From Alphaproteobacteria bacterium (GTDB lineage Bacteria > Pseudomonadota > Alphaproteobacteria > GCA-2731375): a stretch of DNA of 64,000 nucleotides. The stretch's first letter is position 1. Each line of letters opens with the position of its first letter. The notes beneath the pieces are model-generated. The model was not told where the DNA came from. It made no database searches and was given only the letters and a program-made list of their open reading frames with translations. A program made the translations under genes and the position numbers. Positions 50,901-59,748 of this stretch are shown one piece after another. The stretch is from contig CBDDBZ010000035.1 of assembly GCA_965225945.1 (NCBI GenBank), positions 256,001-320,000 of the forward strand, in the 5' to 3' direction.

Positions 50901-50980
50901 AACTGGTTACATCCTGGCTAGCATCCGAGGCGTATCGCAAGCTACGCGAGGACCAACGTCAGGATGAACCGGTAGATTGA
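47939..50980 (+). CDS. hsdR: Type I R-M restriction subunit
   Basis: D..LSLNGIPIATLELK nuclease motif, GSGKS, DEAH, FTATP, TGFDQP, QTLSRLNR. Confidence 0.95.
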   Translation: MSAPRRNEAAFETVIEAYLLQNGYVPVAREVFDRERAIFPETVLAFIRETQPREWAKLEALHGDGTGAQILTDLCKWMDANGSLTTLRHGFKCYGRTLHLGFFKAAHELNPDLEARYAANRLGITRQLRFSPRSRKSLDVALSLNGIPIATLELKNQLTGQTIEDARRQYKQDRDPREPIFEFKRRSLVHFAVDTDAVLMTTRLAGPATHFLPFNKGHDGGAGNPPDPEGRGYRTAYLWEDVLERDSLLELLARFIHLQTEERRDDQGRKVKKESMILPRYHQLVAVGTLVDSARREGVGHNYLIEHSAGSGKSNTIGWMTHRLASLHDAANQRVFDSVIVTTDRVVLDQQLQDTIYQFEHKRGVVQRIDESSRQLAEALESAVPVIVTTLQKFPFVSKHLAKMAEERGAGGDGTLPTRRCAVVIDEAHSSQGGETATDLKEVLGGKGLREEAVRYAVEEDLEDMEELFRSMAKRGRQANLSFFAFTATPKHKTLAVFGRDGEPVHRYTMRQAIEEEFIHDVLKHYTTFETYFRLLKACEDDPNVERKKGAKALARFMKLNPHNIAQKTEVIVEHFNTMTRHKIGGRAKAMVVTGSRLEAVRYKQSIDQYIRRKGYPIKTLVAFSGIVQDDKLAGVAYTEEGMNQGIREKELPEKFATPEYQVLLVAEKYQTGFDQPLLHTMYVDKRLAGIQAVQTLSRLNRTHPLKEDTFVLDFVNDREDIRDAFKTYYEGAEMGDEVDPARMYQVKGELDASGIYLAEEVERFCSIYFKPKQRQSPADHQAMNAMLDPGVARFAKFQIEEEEEAELWRGKARAFHNLYGFLSQVIPYQDSDLERLYVFLRYLAAKLPKRRDGPAYQFDDEVRLEYYRLQKISEGSIGLGDGRARPLDGPTEVGSGLAREQPVPLSQLIDLVNERFGTDFNQADQLFFDQIVEAAMADDGLRQAASVNPGDKFELVFKNLLQTLFVERIDQNEEIFIRFMNDSSFRELVTSWLASEAYRKLREDQRQDEPVD

Positions 50981-51122
50981 GTAATCGCAACAGACGCCAT
51001 AAAGCGCAATATGTGGGATGGAATGTGGGGTATTGCGCCTTGGAAGGAGCATGAAGTTTGGTGGCCGTTGGACCCACCGCCACGCCGCACATCCCATCGC
51101 CCCAAACCAAGGGAGCCCCCCC

Positions 51123-51320
51123 ATGACCGACCGCTACACAAAAACCGTGCTGACCGTGATCGCCGCCGCGCTGGTGTGGCTCGCCGCCGGCCTCCCCGCC
51201 GCCGGCGCCTCGGGCGCGCAAGACGTCGTCGTCACCGAGATTACCTATAGCGCCGCCTCCACCCTCAGTAGCGTCGCCCACACCCTCGCGCGCAAAATCA
51301 ACGACGGGCGCTGCCGATAG
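51123..51320 (+). CDS. Small exported/membrane-anchored hypothetical protein
   Basis: GGGAG RBS; MTDRYTKTVLTVIAAALVWLA hydrophobic leader. Confidence 0.5.
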   Translation: MTDRYTKTVLTVIAAALVWLAAGLPAAGASGAQDVVVTEITYSAASTLSSVAHTLARKINDGRCR

Positions 51321-51403
51321 GACCCCGCCCGGCCTCGCGCGCCCCGCGCAAATCGCGCCCGCCCTCGACGTCACCGCGATCAGCCATGCCGCTCCGCTCC
51401 GCC

Positions 51404-51616
51404 CGGTGATCACCGTGTTCATATATTGAACATGGGAGTTGCGCGCGGGCGCGCCGTGGGGGGGATCGAGGACGAGACGCTCGGGGGGGAGAGCGACCCC
51501 GGCACCCGAGCTTCGCGGCCCGCTCCCGAGCGAGACGCCCGAGCCCGCGTCCAACCGCCACGGCCTCGCGAATCCGCGCCGCTCGGTGATCACCGTGTTC
51601 AAATTTTGAACATGGG
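51404..51616. repeat. Two 33-bp direct repeats, 180 bp apart, with dyad TGTTCA-N5-TGAACA
   Basis: CGGTGATCACCGTGTTCA(TATAT/AATTT)TGAACATGGG at 51404-51436 and 51584-51616; related site at 42193-42214. Confidence 0.8.
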
Positions 51617-51689
51617 CATCAGGCGCGAGAACCGCCCGCCGCGCGCCGCGAGAAACACGCCGCGGGGGGAGTGATTTTGTAACGGCTCG

Positions 51690-52912
51690 CACAGTACACG
51701 ACTCGTTCATGCTGGCTTTGGCCTGGGCACCTGGACTGGTGGTTTTCCGGGGACGAGGAAACGAATCAGCTCAATGGCTTGACGCCTGTCGATAGGATTG
51801 ACGAGCTGTCGCCTTATCCACTCGAAACCGTATCGGAAGATGGATTTTGCCATCCTTTTGTGGGTTTTGAGGCGGATCGGCTCGGCCTCGTGGAGCCAAT
51901 CGCCGACTTTGTGCGCCCAGCAGAAGGTGATGGAAAGGACGGCGGTGAGCTTGGAGATGCGCTCCGGGTCGGTCATGTGGGTGTCTTCGAGGTTGAAGCC
52001 ACGGGTTTTCAAGGCGGCGAAGAGGGTCTCGATTTGCCAGCGCTGGGCGTAGATGGCCAAGGCCTCCTCGGGCGCGTCGTTGGTCACGACGATCAACAGT
52101 TCGCCGGTCTTGAGATGGAGCGCGGCGACGAAGACGGGCCTGGCCTTGGGTTTTCTGGCCTCCGAGAGGCGCCTGGCGTTGGAGAGGATGCGGCTTTCCC
52201 CGGGTTTGAGGTCGCGAAACAGCTCCCTCGCCTTGACCATGCGACCACGCGTGTTGGCGATCTTGATGTTGGATCGGATGCGGATGTGAAAGGGGATGGC
52301 CTTTTCCTGCAACCATGCCAGCCAGGCGTCGCCGATGAATTCCCGGTCGGCCAGGAGGCTGGCGATCTTGTCGACCCCGAAGAGCCGGAGGACGTGTTCG
52401 AGGATCGCGATCCGCTCCTTGGTATTGGAATTGCCCGCCTTGTCGAGCACCCGCCAGCACACGGGAATGGCGATGGCGCGGTTGACGATGCCGATCATCA
52501 AGATGTTGACGTCGCGGCGACCCAGCCGCCAGTTGGTCCGGTCCATGGTCAGCCGCCACGGCCCCGCCTGGAGCCCCATCATCGCGACCAGGAACTCGGC
52601 GAGGCGATCGTAATCGAAATCGACTTGCTCGAAAAACCGTTGCAGGCGCCGATAGTTGGAGCTGGATCGCGCGCGCCCCGGAAAGTGGCAGGCCAAGTGA
52701 GAGAGGTTCACCGTCCGGGCGACGAACACGCCGAAGACCAAGACGCAAAGGCTCTCCAGACGGCTCTTGCGAAAGGCGAAGCCGCATCGTAGCGTCTCAC
52801 GCAGGGCGTTGATCGGGTTGTCTCGCATGATTTCCCTCTTGACTCGTCGTGGAGTGAATCGGGAATCCTACAACCTTTTCAACGTCCTACGTAAATGCCG
52901 TCGTGTACCATG
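51690..52912 (-). mobile_element. IS4-family element, copy 2 (intact, 1223 bp)
   Basis: Ends CACAGTACACGAC / GTCGTGTACCATG; 9-bp duplication AACGGCTCG (51681-51689, 52913-52921). Confidence 0.95.
51707..52828 (-). CDS. IS4-family DDE transposase
   Basis: MDRTNW, LADREF, YAQRWQIETLFAALK (YREK motif). Confidence 0.95.
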   Translation of the reverse strand: MRDNPINALRETLRCGFAFRKSRLESLCVLVFGVFVARTVNLSHLACHFPGRARSSSNYRRLQRFFEQVDFDYDRLAEFLVAMMGLQAGPWRLTMDRTNWRLGRRDVNILMIGIVNRAIAIPVCWRVLDKAGNSNTKERIAILEHVLRLFGVDKIASLLADREFIGDAWLAWLQEKAIPFHIRIRSNIKIANTRGRMVKARELFRDLKPGESRILSNARRLSEARKPKARPVFVAALHLKTGELLIVVTNDAPEEALAIYAQRWQIETLFAALKTRGFNLEDTHMTDPERISKLTAVLSITFCWAHKVGDWLHEAEPIRLKTHKRMAKSIFRYGFEWIRRQLVNPIDRRQAIELIRFLVPGKPPVQVPRPKPA

Positions 52913-53098
52913 AACGGCTCGATCAAAAGCCTTCATTTTCGGGCGATTTTGAGCGATTTTGAGGCCATAATGAGGCAACATGAGTACCCCTTTTCGCCGC
53001 CGCCCGGATCGCCGCGCTTCGCTCCGCTCGCTCGCGATGACGATTTCGGCGACGATCGGCCCCGTGAGCCGGCGTCGAATTCGGGAAGGAACACCCCC

Positions 53099-54043
53099 AT
53101 GACCACCCGCCCTCGCCACACCATCCACGCCCACCAGCACCATTTCGGCTGGGACAACGCCTTCCCGCCGGTGGCCACGATCGCGCCAGGGGACGAGATG
53201 ACCTTCGAGACCGTGGACGCCTCGGGCGGGCAGCTCTCGATGGACTCCACCGTGGCCGACGTCGCCGCGCTGGATTTCGCCAAGATCAATCCCGTCTCCG
53301 GCCCGGTCCGGATCGATGGCGCCGAGCCGGGCGACGCGCTGGTGGTCACGATGCTCGACTTCTCAGCTTCCGGTTGGGGCTGGACCGCGCTGATTCCGGG
53401 CTTCGGCCTGTTGGCCGACCAGTTCCCCGACCCGGCGCTGCAACTGTGGACCTACGATACCGAAAGCCTCGCGCCGGCGGCTTACGGCCCCGGCGGGCGG
53501 GTGCCCTTGAAGCCCTTGTGCGGCACCATCGGCGTGGCGCCGGCGGAGGCGGGGCCGCATTCGATCGTGCCCCCGAGGCGCGTCGGCGGCAACATGGACA
53601 TCCGCGATCTCGCCCGAGGCACCGTGCTGTATCTCCCTGTCGAGGTCAGCGGCGCGCTCTTCTCCGTCGGCGACACCCACGCGGCGCAGGGCGACGGCGA
53701 GGTCTGCGGCACCGCGCTCGAGAACCCGATGGCGGTCGCACTCCGCTTCGAGCTGGAGAAGGGGGCGGCGCCGGCCTTCCCGCGCTTCGAGACCCCCGGG
53801 CCGGTCAGCCGGCATCTGGACGCCGAGGGCTATCACGTCACCACCGGAATAGCACCCGACCTGATGGCGGCGACCCGCGATGCCGTCGCCGGGATGATCG
53901 ATCTGGTCTGCCGCCTGCACGGCCTTTCGGCGGCGCACGCCTACATGCTATGCAGCGTGGTCGCCGATCTCAGGATCTCGGAAGTGGTCGACCAGCCGAA
54001 TTGGGTGGTCGCCTTTTATTTCCCCAAGATCGTGTTCGAGTGA
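53099..54043 (+). CDS. Acetamidase/formamidase family protein
   Basis: NPVSGPV.IDGAEPGD, GGNMD, GDTHAAQGDGEVCGTALE. Confidence 0.93.
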   Translation: MTTRPRHTIHAHQHHFGWDNAFPPVATIAPGDEMTFETVDASGGQLSMDSTVADVAALDFAKINPVSGPVRIDGAEPGDALVVTMLDFSASGWGWTALIPGFGLLADQFPDPALQLWTYDTESLAPAAYGPGGRVPLKPLCGTIGVAPAEAGPHSIVPPRRVGGNMDIRDLARGTVLYLPVEVSGALFSVGDTHAAQGDGEVCGTALENPMAVALRFELEKGAAPAFPRFETPGPVSRHLDAEGYHVTTGIAPDLMAATRDAVAGMIDLVCRLHGLSAAHAYMLCSVVADLRISEVVDQPNWVVAFYFPKIVFE

Positions 54044-54092
54044 CGATGGCGCCGGCCGGGCGCTCGCCGGCCGCCACCCGGAGTATCTCGCC

Positions 54093-55298
54093 ATGACGCG
54101 AACGAGCGAGCGTTGGCCGGTGATGCTGATCGCCGCGGCCGGCCTGATCACCCTGATCTCGGTCGGCACGCGGGCGAGCTTCGGCGTCTACCTGGGGCCG
54201 GTCACCGCCGACCTCGGTTGGGGCCGGGAGGTCTTCGCCATCGGCATTGCGTTGCAACAGTTGGTCTGGGGGCTGGCCCAGCCGCTCGCCGGCATGGTGG
54301 CCGACAAGTTCGGCGGCGCGCGGGTGATCGCCGCCGGCGCGGCCTGCTACGTCCTCGGTCTCTATCTCATGAGCTCGACCGATTCGGTGACGCATTTCAA
54401 CGTCTCGGCCGGGCTCTTGGTGGGGCTCGGGCTCGGCGGCACCGGCTATGGCATCGTGCTGGCGACCTTGGCGAAGGCGGTCTCGGAGGCGCGCCGCTCT
54501 CTCGTCATCGGCATCGGCGCGGCGGCGGGAAGCTTCGGCCAGTTCTTCATGGTGCCGGTAGGCCAAGCCTTTCTCGAGATGTTCGGTTGGCAGAACACCT
54601 TCCTCTGCCTGGCGGGAATAGCCCTACTGATGCTACCGGCCGCGATGGCGCTTCGGACCTCGCCCGCCGGCGCGAGCGGCGAGGGGTCGAGCCCGCAGAC
54701 CTTGCGGGCCGCGCTGCGCGAGGCGGTCGGCCATCGCGGCTACGTGTTGCTGACCTGCGGCTATTTCGTCTGCGGCTTTCATGTGGCGTTCATCGCGGTT
54801 CATTTTCCCTCCTATGTCGCCGACCGGGGGCTCACCAGCGGGCACGGCGCCTGGGCGATCTCGATCATGGGGCTGGTCAACATCCTGGGTGCCTTCCTCG
54901 CCGGCGCGCTCGGCGGTCGCTACAGCAAGAAGAACATTCTCTCGCTCTTATACCTGACGCGCTCGATCGTCATCACCGCGCTTATCCTCGCGCCGATGAC
55001 GGAGGCCGGCCTCTGGCTCTTCGCCGTCGTCTTCGGCTTCCTCTGGCTCTCGACGGTGCCGCTGACCACGGCGCTGGTCGGCGATATCTTCGGGCCCCGC
55101 TACATGGCGACGCTGGTCGGCATCGTCTTTCTCTCGCACCAGCTCGGCAGCGCCACCGGCGTCTGGTTCGGCGGCTATGCCTTTGACCTGACCGGCTCCT
55201 ACGATGTGATGTGGTGGTTCGCCGTGGCGCTCGGGCTGGTCGCGACGCTGCTGCACTGGCCGATCGACGAGCGCCGCGTGCGCCCCGCGACGGCCTGA
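54093..55298 (+). CDS. MFS transporter
   Basis: 12 hydrophobic segments, GMVADKFG, FVCGFH, SHQLG. Confidence 0.92.
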   Translation: MTRTSERWPVMLIAAAGLITLISVGTRASFGVYLGPVTADLGWGREVFAIGIALQQLVWGLAQPLAGMVADKFGGARVIAAGAACYVLGLYLMSSTDSVTHFNVSAGLLVGLGLGGTGYGIVLATLAKAVSEARRSLVIGIGAAAGSFGQFFMVPVGQAFLEMFGWQNTFLCLAGIALLMLPAAMALRTSPAGASGEGSSPQTLRAALREAVGHRGYVLLTCGYFVCGFHVAFIAVHFPSYVADRGLTSGHGAWAISIMGLVNILGAFLAGALGGRYSKKNILSLLYLTRSIVITALILAPMTEAGLWLFAVVFGFLWLSTVPLTTALVGDIFGPRYMATLVGIVFLSHQLGSATGVWFGGYAFDLTGSYDVMWWFAVALGLVATLLHWPIDERRVRPATA

Positions 55299-55310
55299 GT
55301 TGCCTTCGTA

Positions 55311-56700
55311 TTACCGGCGCGGCTCCGGGGCCCGTTCGGCGGTGAACTTCAGCGGCGGATTGCCGAGCGTGTCCTGCACGAAGAAGCGGAGACGACCGCC
55401 CTTGGCCGCACCGGTAAAGTCGCGGGCGTGGCGCTCGGTCGCGCTGCCCAGCATGACCTTGAAGCTCTCCTTGAAGCTCACCACGCCGTCCTCGATCCGC
55501 CCGTCCTCGATCGCCCGGGTGGTCGCCGGATAACGCCGCTTGCTGTCCTTGGTGGAGCGCCGGGTGATCTGGCCGAGGAGCTTCGCGCCGATCACCTCGA
55601 ATTCGAAGTGGAGCCGGTAGCGCTCGTTCTTATCGAAGCGGTTGACCAGCACCTCGCTCTTCCAGCGCCCCTCGATCGCCGCGCCCGCGGCCTTGGGTGC
55701 CGGCGCCGGCTTCGAGAGTGCGGCGAGCCGCGATTTCGCCAGCGGTGCGAAGGTGCCCTTGGGAAACTGGTCCAGATAGGCCTGGAAGTTGGCGGCGGTC
55801 TCGCTCTTCTCGATCGCCTTCCAGAAGGCGAGTTCCATTTCGCGATCGGCCTTCACGCTTTCTTTCCCGGCTTTCTCTTGCCCGCCGCGCATGGCCTTGG
55901 ACGCGGGTTTGGGTCGCAAGACCACGGGCACGAAGATAAATTCGCCGCCCTCGTGCCCGGCCTTCTTGATGTCGGCGTATTGCGGCGTCTGGTCGGCGTT
56001 GACCACCACGGGCCGGCTGATCCGCTTGAACAGCGCGGTCCCTTCCAGCGGCTCGCCGTTATCGGCCAGCGCGGCGAGGAAGGCGTTGGCGAAGACCGAG
56101 TGGCCGCCCGGGCCCGCATCGGCCACCGGCTCCAGCCCACCCGAGACGATGGCGGTGCGCGAGCGCTTGGAGGCGATCCGTTTCAGCCAGGCGTCGCGCG
56201 CCTCGCCCGTGGGAAGCTCGCTCCTGGCCGACCTGACCAGGGTGCCGGAATAGCAGCTGTCGGCGATGATCATGACATGGCGTGCGTTCATCGCGTTGAG
56301 CCGCCGGGTCAGGTCCTCGTTGGCGATCCAGTTGAGGTCGTCTTCCAGCTCGGCGTCGATCGGCTGCCAGAAGCCGGTATTGGTCTGGCGGTCGAGCCAG
56401 CCGTGCCCGGCGCGGGGCGAAGCCAAATTTCCAGACCTCACGCTACACAAGCAGGATGTCCGCGCGGGTGGCGTTGCGAAGCAGGCGAACCTCGAAGCCG
56501 TAATGGGTCCGCAGCAGTTCGGCCACCGCCTCCGCGTCGCCGACGGCGGTTTCCAGCTTCGGCAGCAACAGGTAATCGTTGTTGCCGATCACCAGCGCGT
56601 GATAGCGCCCGAACTTCACTTCACCCGCGTTTCCCGGCGGGGCCAGCAGCACGCAGGCCAGAACGAGCCATCGCCCGATTTCGCGCAGTCGTCGGGTCAC
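55311..56700 (-). pseudogene. Secreted caspase-like (C14) protease, broken near 56413-56447
   Basis: Signal peptide and YHALVIGNNDY...NATRADIL in one frame; AGHG (His), ADSCYSG (Cys) and YLDQFPKG.FA.LA in another. Confidence 0.82.
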
Positions 56701-56836
56701 ACCGTGTCTCCTCGTCGGTGGCGGAACGCGCGACGTGTAAAGTGTGCGACCGGCGCCGCGAACTTACAAGCTCGCGCCAGGCGGCTGGTCGATCCGAATT
56801 CCCGTCGAGCCCGCCACCGATGGCAAGAATGCGCCA

Positions 56837-56864
56837 TTGACATACTCCGCCAATGAACTACATT
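56837..56864 (+). promoter_or_regulatory. Sigma70-type promoter of the TA operon
   Basis: TTGACA-N16-TACATT just upstream of the toxin ATG. Confidence 0.55.
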
Positions 56865-56872
56865 TTGGAGGC

Positions 56873-57223
56873 ATGGGCGAAGCGCTTCAGACCGTCGTCG
56901 AAACGCCGGAGTTCATATCGCAGGCGAAGCGACTCCTGTCGGAGGCTCAGAGTGACGAGCTGCTGTATCACCTGGCGGCCAATCCGACCGCTGGGGACGT
57001 CATACCCGGCACTGGCGGTGCCCGCAAATTGCGTTGGGCGCTTTCGGGTCGAGGCAAAAGCGGTGGCGTCAGAGTGATTACGTTCTATTCGGGCGCCACG
57101 ATCCCGGTGTTCTTGCTGGGTGTCTTTGCAAAGAACAGGAAGATCGACCTGAGCCAGGCGGAGAGAAACCAGTTGCGGGCTACGTTGAGCCAAATCGTGG
57201 CCGAGTATCGGAAGCGGAGATGA
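56873..57223 (+). CDS. higB: RelE/HigB-family toxin
   Basis: [27 protein letters not shown]...[13 protein letters not shown]. Confidence 0.88.
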   Translation: MGEALQTVVETPEFISQAKRLLSEAQSDELLYHLAANPTAGDVIPGTGGARKLRWALSGRGKSGGVRVITFYSGATIPVFLLGVFAKNRKIDLSQAERNQLRATLSQIVAEYRKRR

Positions 57224-57528
57224 CGAGAATGAGCAGAGTTGGAGAAAGTATTCTTCGCGGTGCCCGAGAGGCCCTGGCTTATGCGCGTGGCGAGGAAACC
57301 GGTGCCGTCGTGCACCGGATCGCCGTGGTTCCCGCCGAGGTCGATGTCAAGCGGATCCGCGAGGCGAGCGGCCTGTCGCAGGTCCGCTTCGCCGCCACCT
57401 ACGGCTTTACCGTCGATGCGGTGCGAAACTGGGAGCAGGGACGCCGCAAGCCGGACCTCGCCGCCCGCACGCTCCTCACCGTCATCGAGCGCGAGCCGGA
57501 AGCGGTTCTGCGCGCGCTTGCGCGTTAG
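57220..57528 (+). CDS. higA: HigA-type HTH antitoxin
   Basis: DVKRIRE..GLSQ..FA...[11 protein letters not shown]; ATGA overlap, toxin-first order. Confidence 0.88.
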   Translation: MTRMSRVGESILRGAREALAYARGEETGAVVHRIAVVPAEVDVKRIREASGLSQVRFAATYGFTVDAVRNWEQGRRKPDLAARTLLTVIEREPEAVLRALAR

Positions 57529-57541
57529 TGGATAGAATCCA

Positions 57542-58441
57542 CTAGCTTCGCGCGGGGCCGGGCCGGCCGGCGGTGAGGTAGACGCCGAGCAGGATCAGCG
57601 CCAGCGCGGCGAGGCCGTTCCAACTCGGCGCCTCCCCCAGCAGGACGCCGCCGAGACCGAGGGCGATCAGCGGCACCATGTAGTTGGCGAGACTGACGAA
57701 GGTCGCGCCCACCCGAGCGATGAGGGTGAAATAGATCGCCGTCGCCGCCGCCGTGGAGACGGCGCCGAGCCAGACCACCGCCGCGACCGCCAGCCATCCC
57801 GGCGCCGCCCGGGCGAAATCGGCTTCCTCGGCCATGGCCAGCGGGAACAGGTAGGCGGTGGCCAGCGCCGTGGTCGCGAGCGCGCTCGCCACCGGCGGCG
57901 TCTCGGGCATGCGCCGCGCGACGAGGGTGCAGACGGCATAGCTCAGGGCCGCGGCCAGCAACGCCAGTTGTGCCACCAGATCGGCGCCGAGACCGCCGAA
58001 CGCCTCGACGCCGACCAGCAGCACCACGCCGAGGAAGCCGAGTCCGACGCCGAGCAATCGCCGCGCCGAGAGCTTCTCGTCGCGGGTGACGAGGTGGGCC
58101 AACGGCAGCGTTATCAACGGCGTCGCGGCGATCAGGATCGCGGCGAGCTGGCTGGTCAGCCGCACCTCGCCCCAGGCGATCAGGGTGTAGGGCAGCGCGT
58201 TGGCCAAGAGCGCCACCAATGCGATCATCGCCCAGCGCCGCGCGCCCGCCGGCCAGGCGAGCTTGCGCGCCTTCATGACCACCAGCAGCACGGCGGCACC
58301 GATCGCGAGCCGGCCGAGCGTCAGCGTCGCCGGAGCGATCTCCACCACGGCGAGCTTGATCGCCAGAAAATTGCTGCCCCAGCAGGCGCCGAGCACGCCC
58401 AGCAGCAGATAGTCGCGCCCGCTCGCCCGGGGCGCGCTCAA
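57542..58441 (-). CDS. DMT/EamA transporter
   Basis: 10 TM segments, WGSNF, LLGE. Confidence 0.9.
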   Translation of the reverse strand: MSAPRASGRDYLLLGVLGACWGSNFLAIKLAVVEIAPATLTLGRLAIGAAVLLVVMKARKLAWPAGARRWAMIALVALLANALPYTLIAWGEVRLTSQLAAILIAATPLITLPLAHLVTRDEKLSARRLLGVGLGFLGVVLLVGVEAFGGLGADLVAQLALLAAALSYAVCTLVARRMPETPPVASALATTALATAYLFPLAMAEEADFARAAPGWLAVAAVVWLGAVSTAAATAIYFTLIARVGATFVSLANYMVPLIALGLGGVLLGEAPSWNGLAALALILLGVYLTAGRPGPARS

Positions 58442-58725
58442 CGGCCGGTGAACTCGGGCTCAGCCTTGGCCAGGGCGCGGGTGCCGAGCTGGAAATCCTC
58501 CGTGGCGAAGAGGAAGCTGGCGTCCCGGCGCATGGCGAAGCCGTTCGGCTTGAAGCGGCGCTCGCCCGGTGGCTCCGGCCGGCCGACGAAACGCCGGGCG
58601 CCGGTGGCCGAGATATCGGTGATCGCGCCGCGAATGTCGGAGACGTAGAGCGCGCCGCGGGCGGTCGCCAGAATGCATTCCGGGCGATAGAGGCCGCCCT
58701 CGCCGAAACTGATTTCGCCACCCAT
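58438..58725 (-). pseudogene. Chimeric remnant: SMP-30 5' duplicate fused to an enoyl-CoA hydratase-like tail
   Basis: First ~74 aa nearly identical to the N-terminus of 58749-59738, then TEDFQLGTRALAKAEPEFTGR*. Confidence 0.7.
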
Positions 58726-58748
58726 CGCCGTTCCCTCCCTTCGCCCCC

Positions 58749-59738
58749 TCACCAGTGCCAATGGACCATCGGCTGGCCGGCGACGGGGCTCGGGAAGCTG
58801 GCGATCGCGTCGCCGGCGATGAAGCCGAGATAGGCCGTCCGCAAATCCGCGCCGCCGAAGGCGAGGCTGGTGAGGTTTCGCAGCGTCGTGCCGTGCACCT
58901 CGTGCACCTTGGGGCCCGTCAGCTCGCCCGCCGCCAGCAGGCGCTCGACCTCGGCGATATGGGCCTCGTCGCCGTCCTCGAACACCAGGTGCTTCTCGCC
59001 CTCAGGCGTCACCCGCCAGATCCGGTTGGAGACCGGGCTGGTGATCCACATGCCGCCCTCCGCGTCGAGCGCGAGGCCGTCGGGAAAATCGCCCGGACCA
59101 AAGCTCGCCACCCTCTCGCGCCCGCCCAGCAGCCCATCGGCGCCGAGCCTGAAACGCGTCAGGCGCTTGCCCATGGTCTCGCAGACATAGAGCCACTCTC
59201 CAGCGGCGTCGATGCGGAACTCGTTGGTCCACACGAAGCCGTCGCCGACGATCCGCGCACCCCGGCCGCCCCGGCCGTCGACCAGGATGATGATCCCGTC
59301 GGCGCTATCGGCGCGAAAGCTGTGGCGCTCGCGCCGCCGCGTGGAGAGCGAGATCCAGACCCGATCGTCGCCGTCGAGCAGCACGAAGTTTGCCGGCGGC
59401 AGGGCCCAGCCGTCGAGTTCCACCAGGTAGGGCTCGGCCTCGCCGTCGGGGGAGAGCGCGAAGACCCCGCCCTCGGCCCCCTGGTTGGCGAACAGAAAGC
59501 TGCCGTCCCGACGCATGGCGAAGCCGTTCGGCTTGAAGCGGCCCTCGCCCGCCGGCTCCGGCCGGCCGATGAACCGCCGGGCGCCGGTGGCCGAGATCTC
59601 GGTGATCCCGCCGCGAATGTCGGAGACGTAGAGCGCGCCCCGGGCGGTCGCCAGAATGCATTCCGGGCGATGGAGGCCGCCCTCGCCGAAAGTGACGTCG
59701 TCGAGGCTCAGGCGAAAATCCACCGCGGCACTCGCCAT
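58749..59738 (-). CDS. SMP-30/gluconolactonase/LRE family protein
   Basis: RPEC, PNG, ANFV, FPDGLALDAEG, TSLAFGGADL. Confidence 0.9.
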   Translation of the reverse strand: MASAAVDFRLSLDDVTFGEGGLHRPECILATARGALYVSDIRGGITEISATGARRFIGRPEPAGEGRFKPNGFAMRRDGSFLFANQGAEGGVFALSPDGEAEPYLVELDGWALPPANFVLLDGDDRVWISLSTRRRERHSFRADSADGIIILVDGRGGRGARIVGDGFVWTNEFRIDAAGEWLYVCETMGKRLTRFRLGADGLLGGRERVASFGPGDFPDGLALDAEGGMWITSPVSNRIWRVTPEGEKHLVFEDGDEAHIAEVERLLAAGELTGPKVHEVHGTTLRNLTSLAFGGADLRTAYLGFIAGDAIASFPSPVAGQPMVHWHW

Positions 59739-59748
59739 GGCCTCGCCC

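Noticed and set aside
51404-51616. Mini CRISPR array
   Set aside because: Only two repeats with a 147-bp spacer and no cas genes in the window
52922-52990. Possible transposon end (GGGGTACTCATG... on the minus strand) with a GCGATTTTGAG tandem
   Set aside because: No partner inverted repeat or target duplication found
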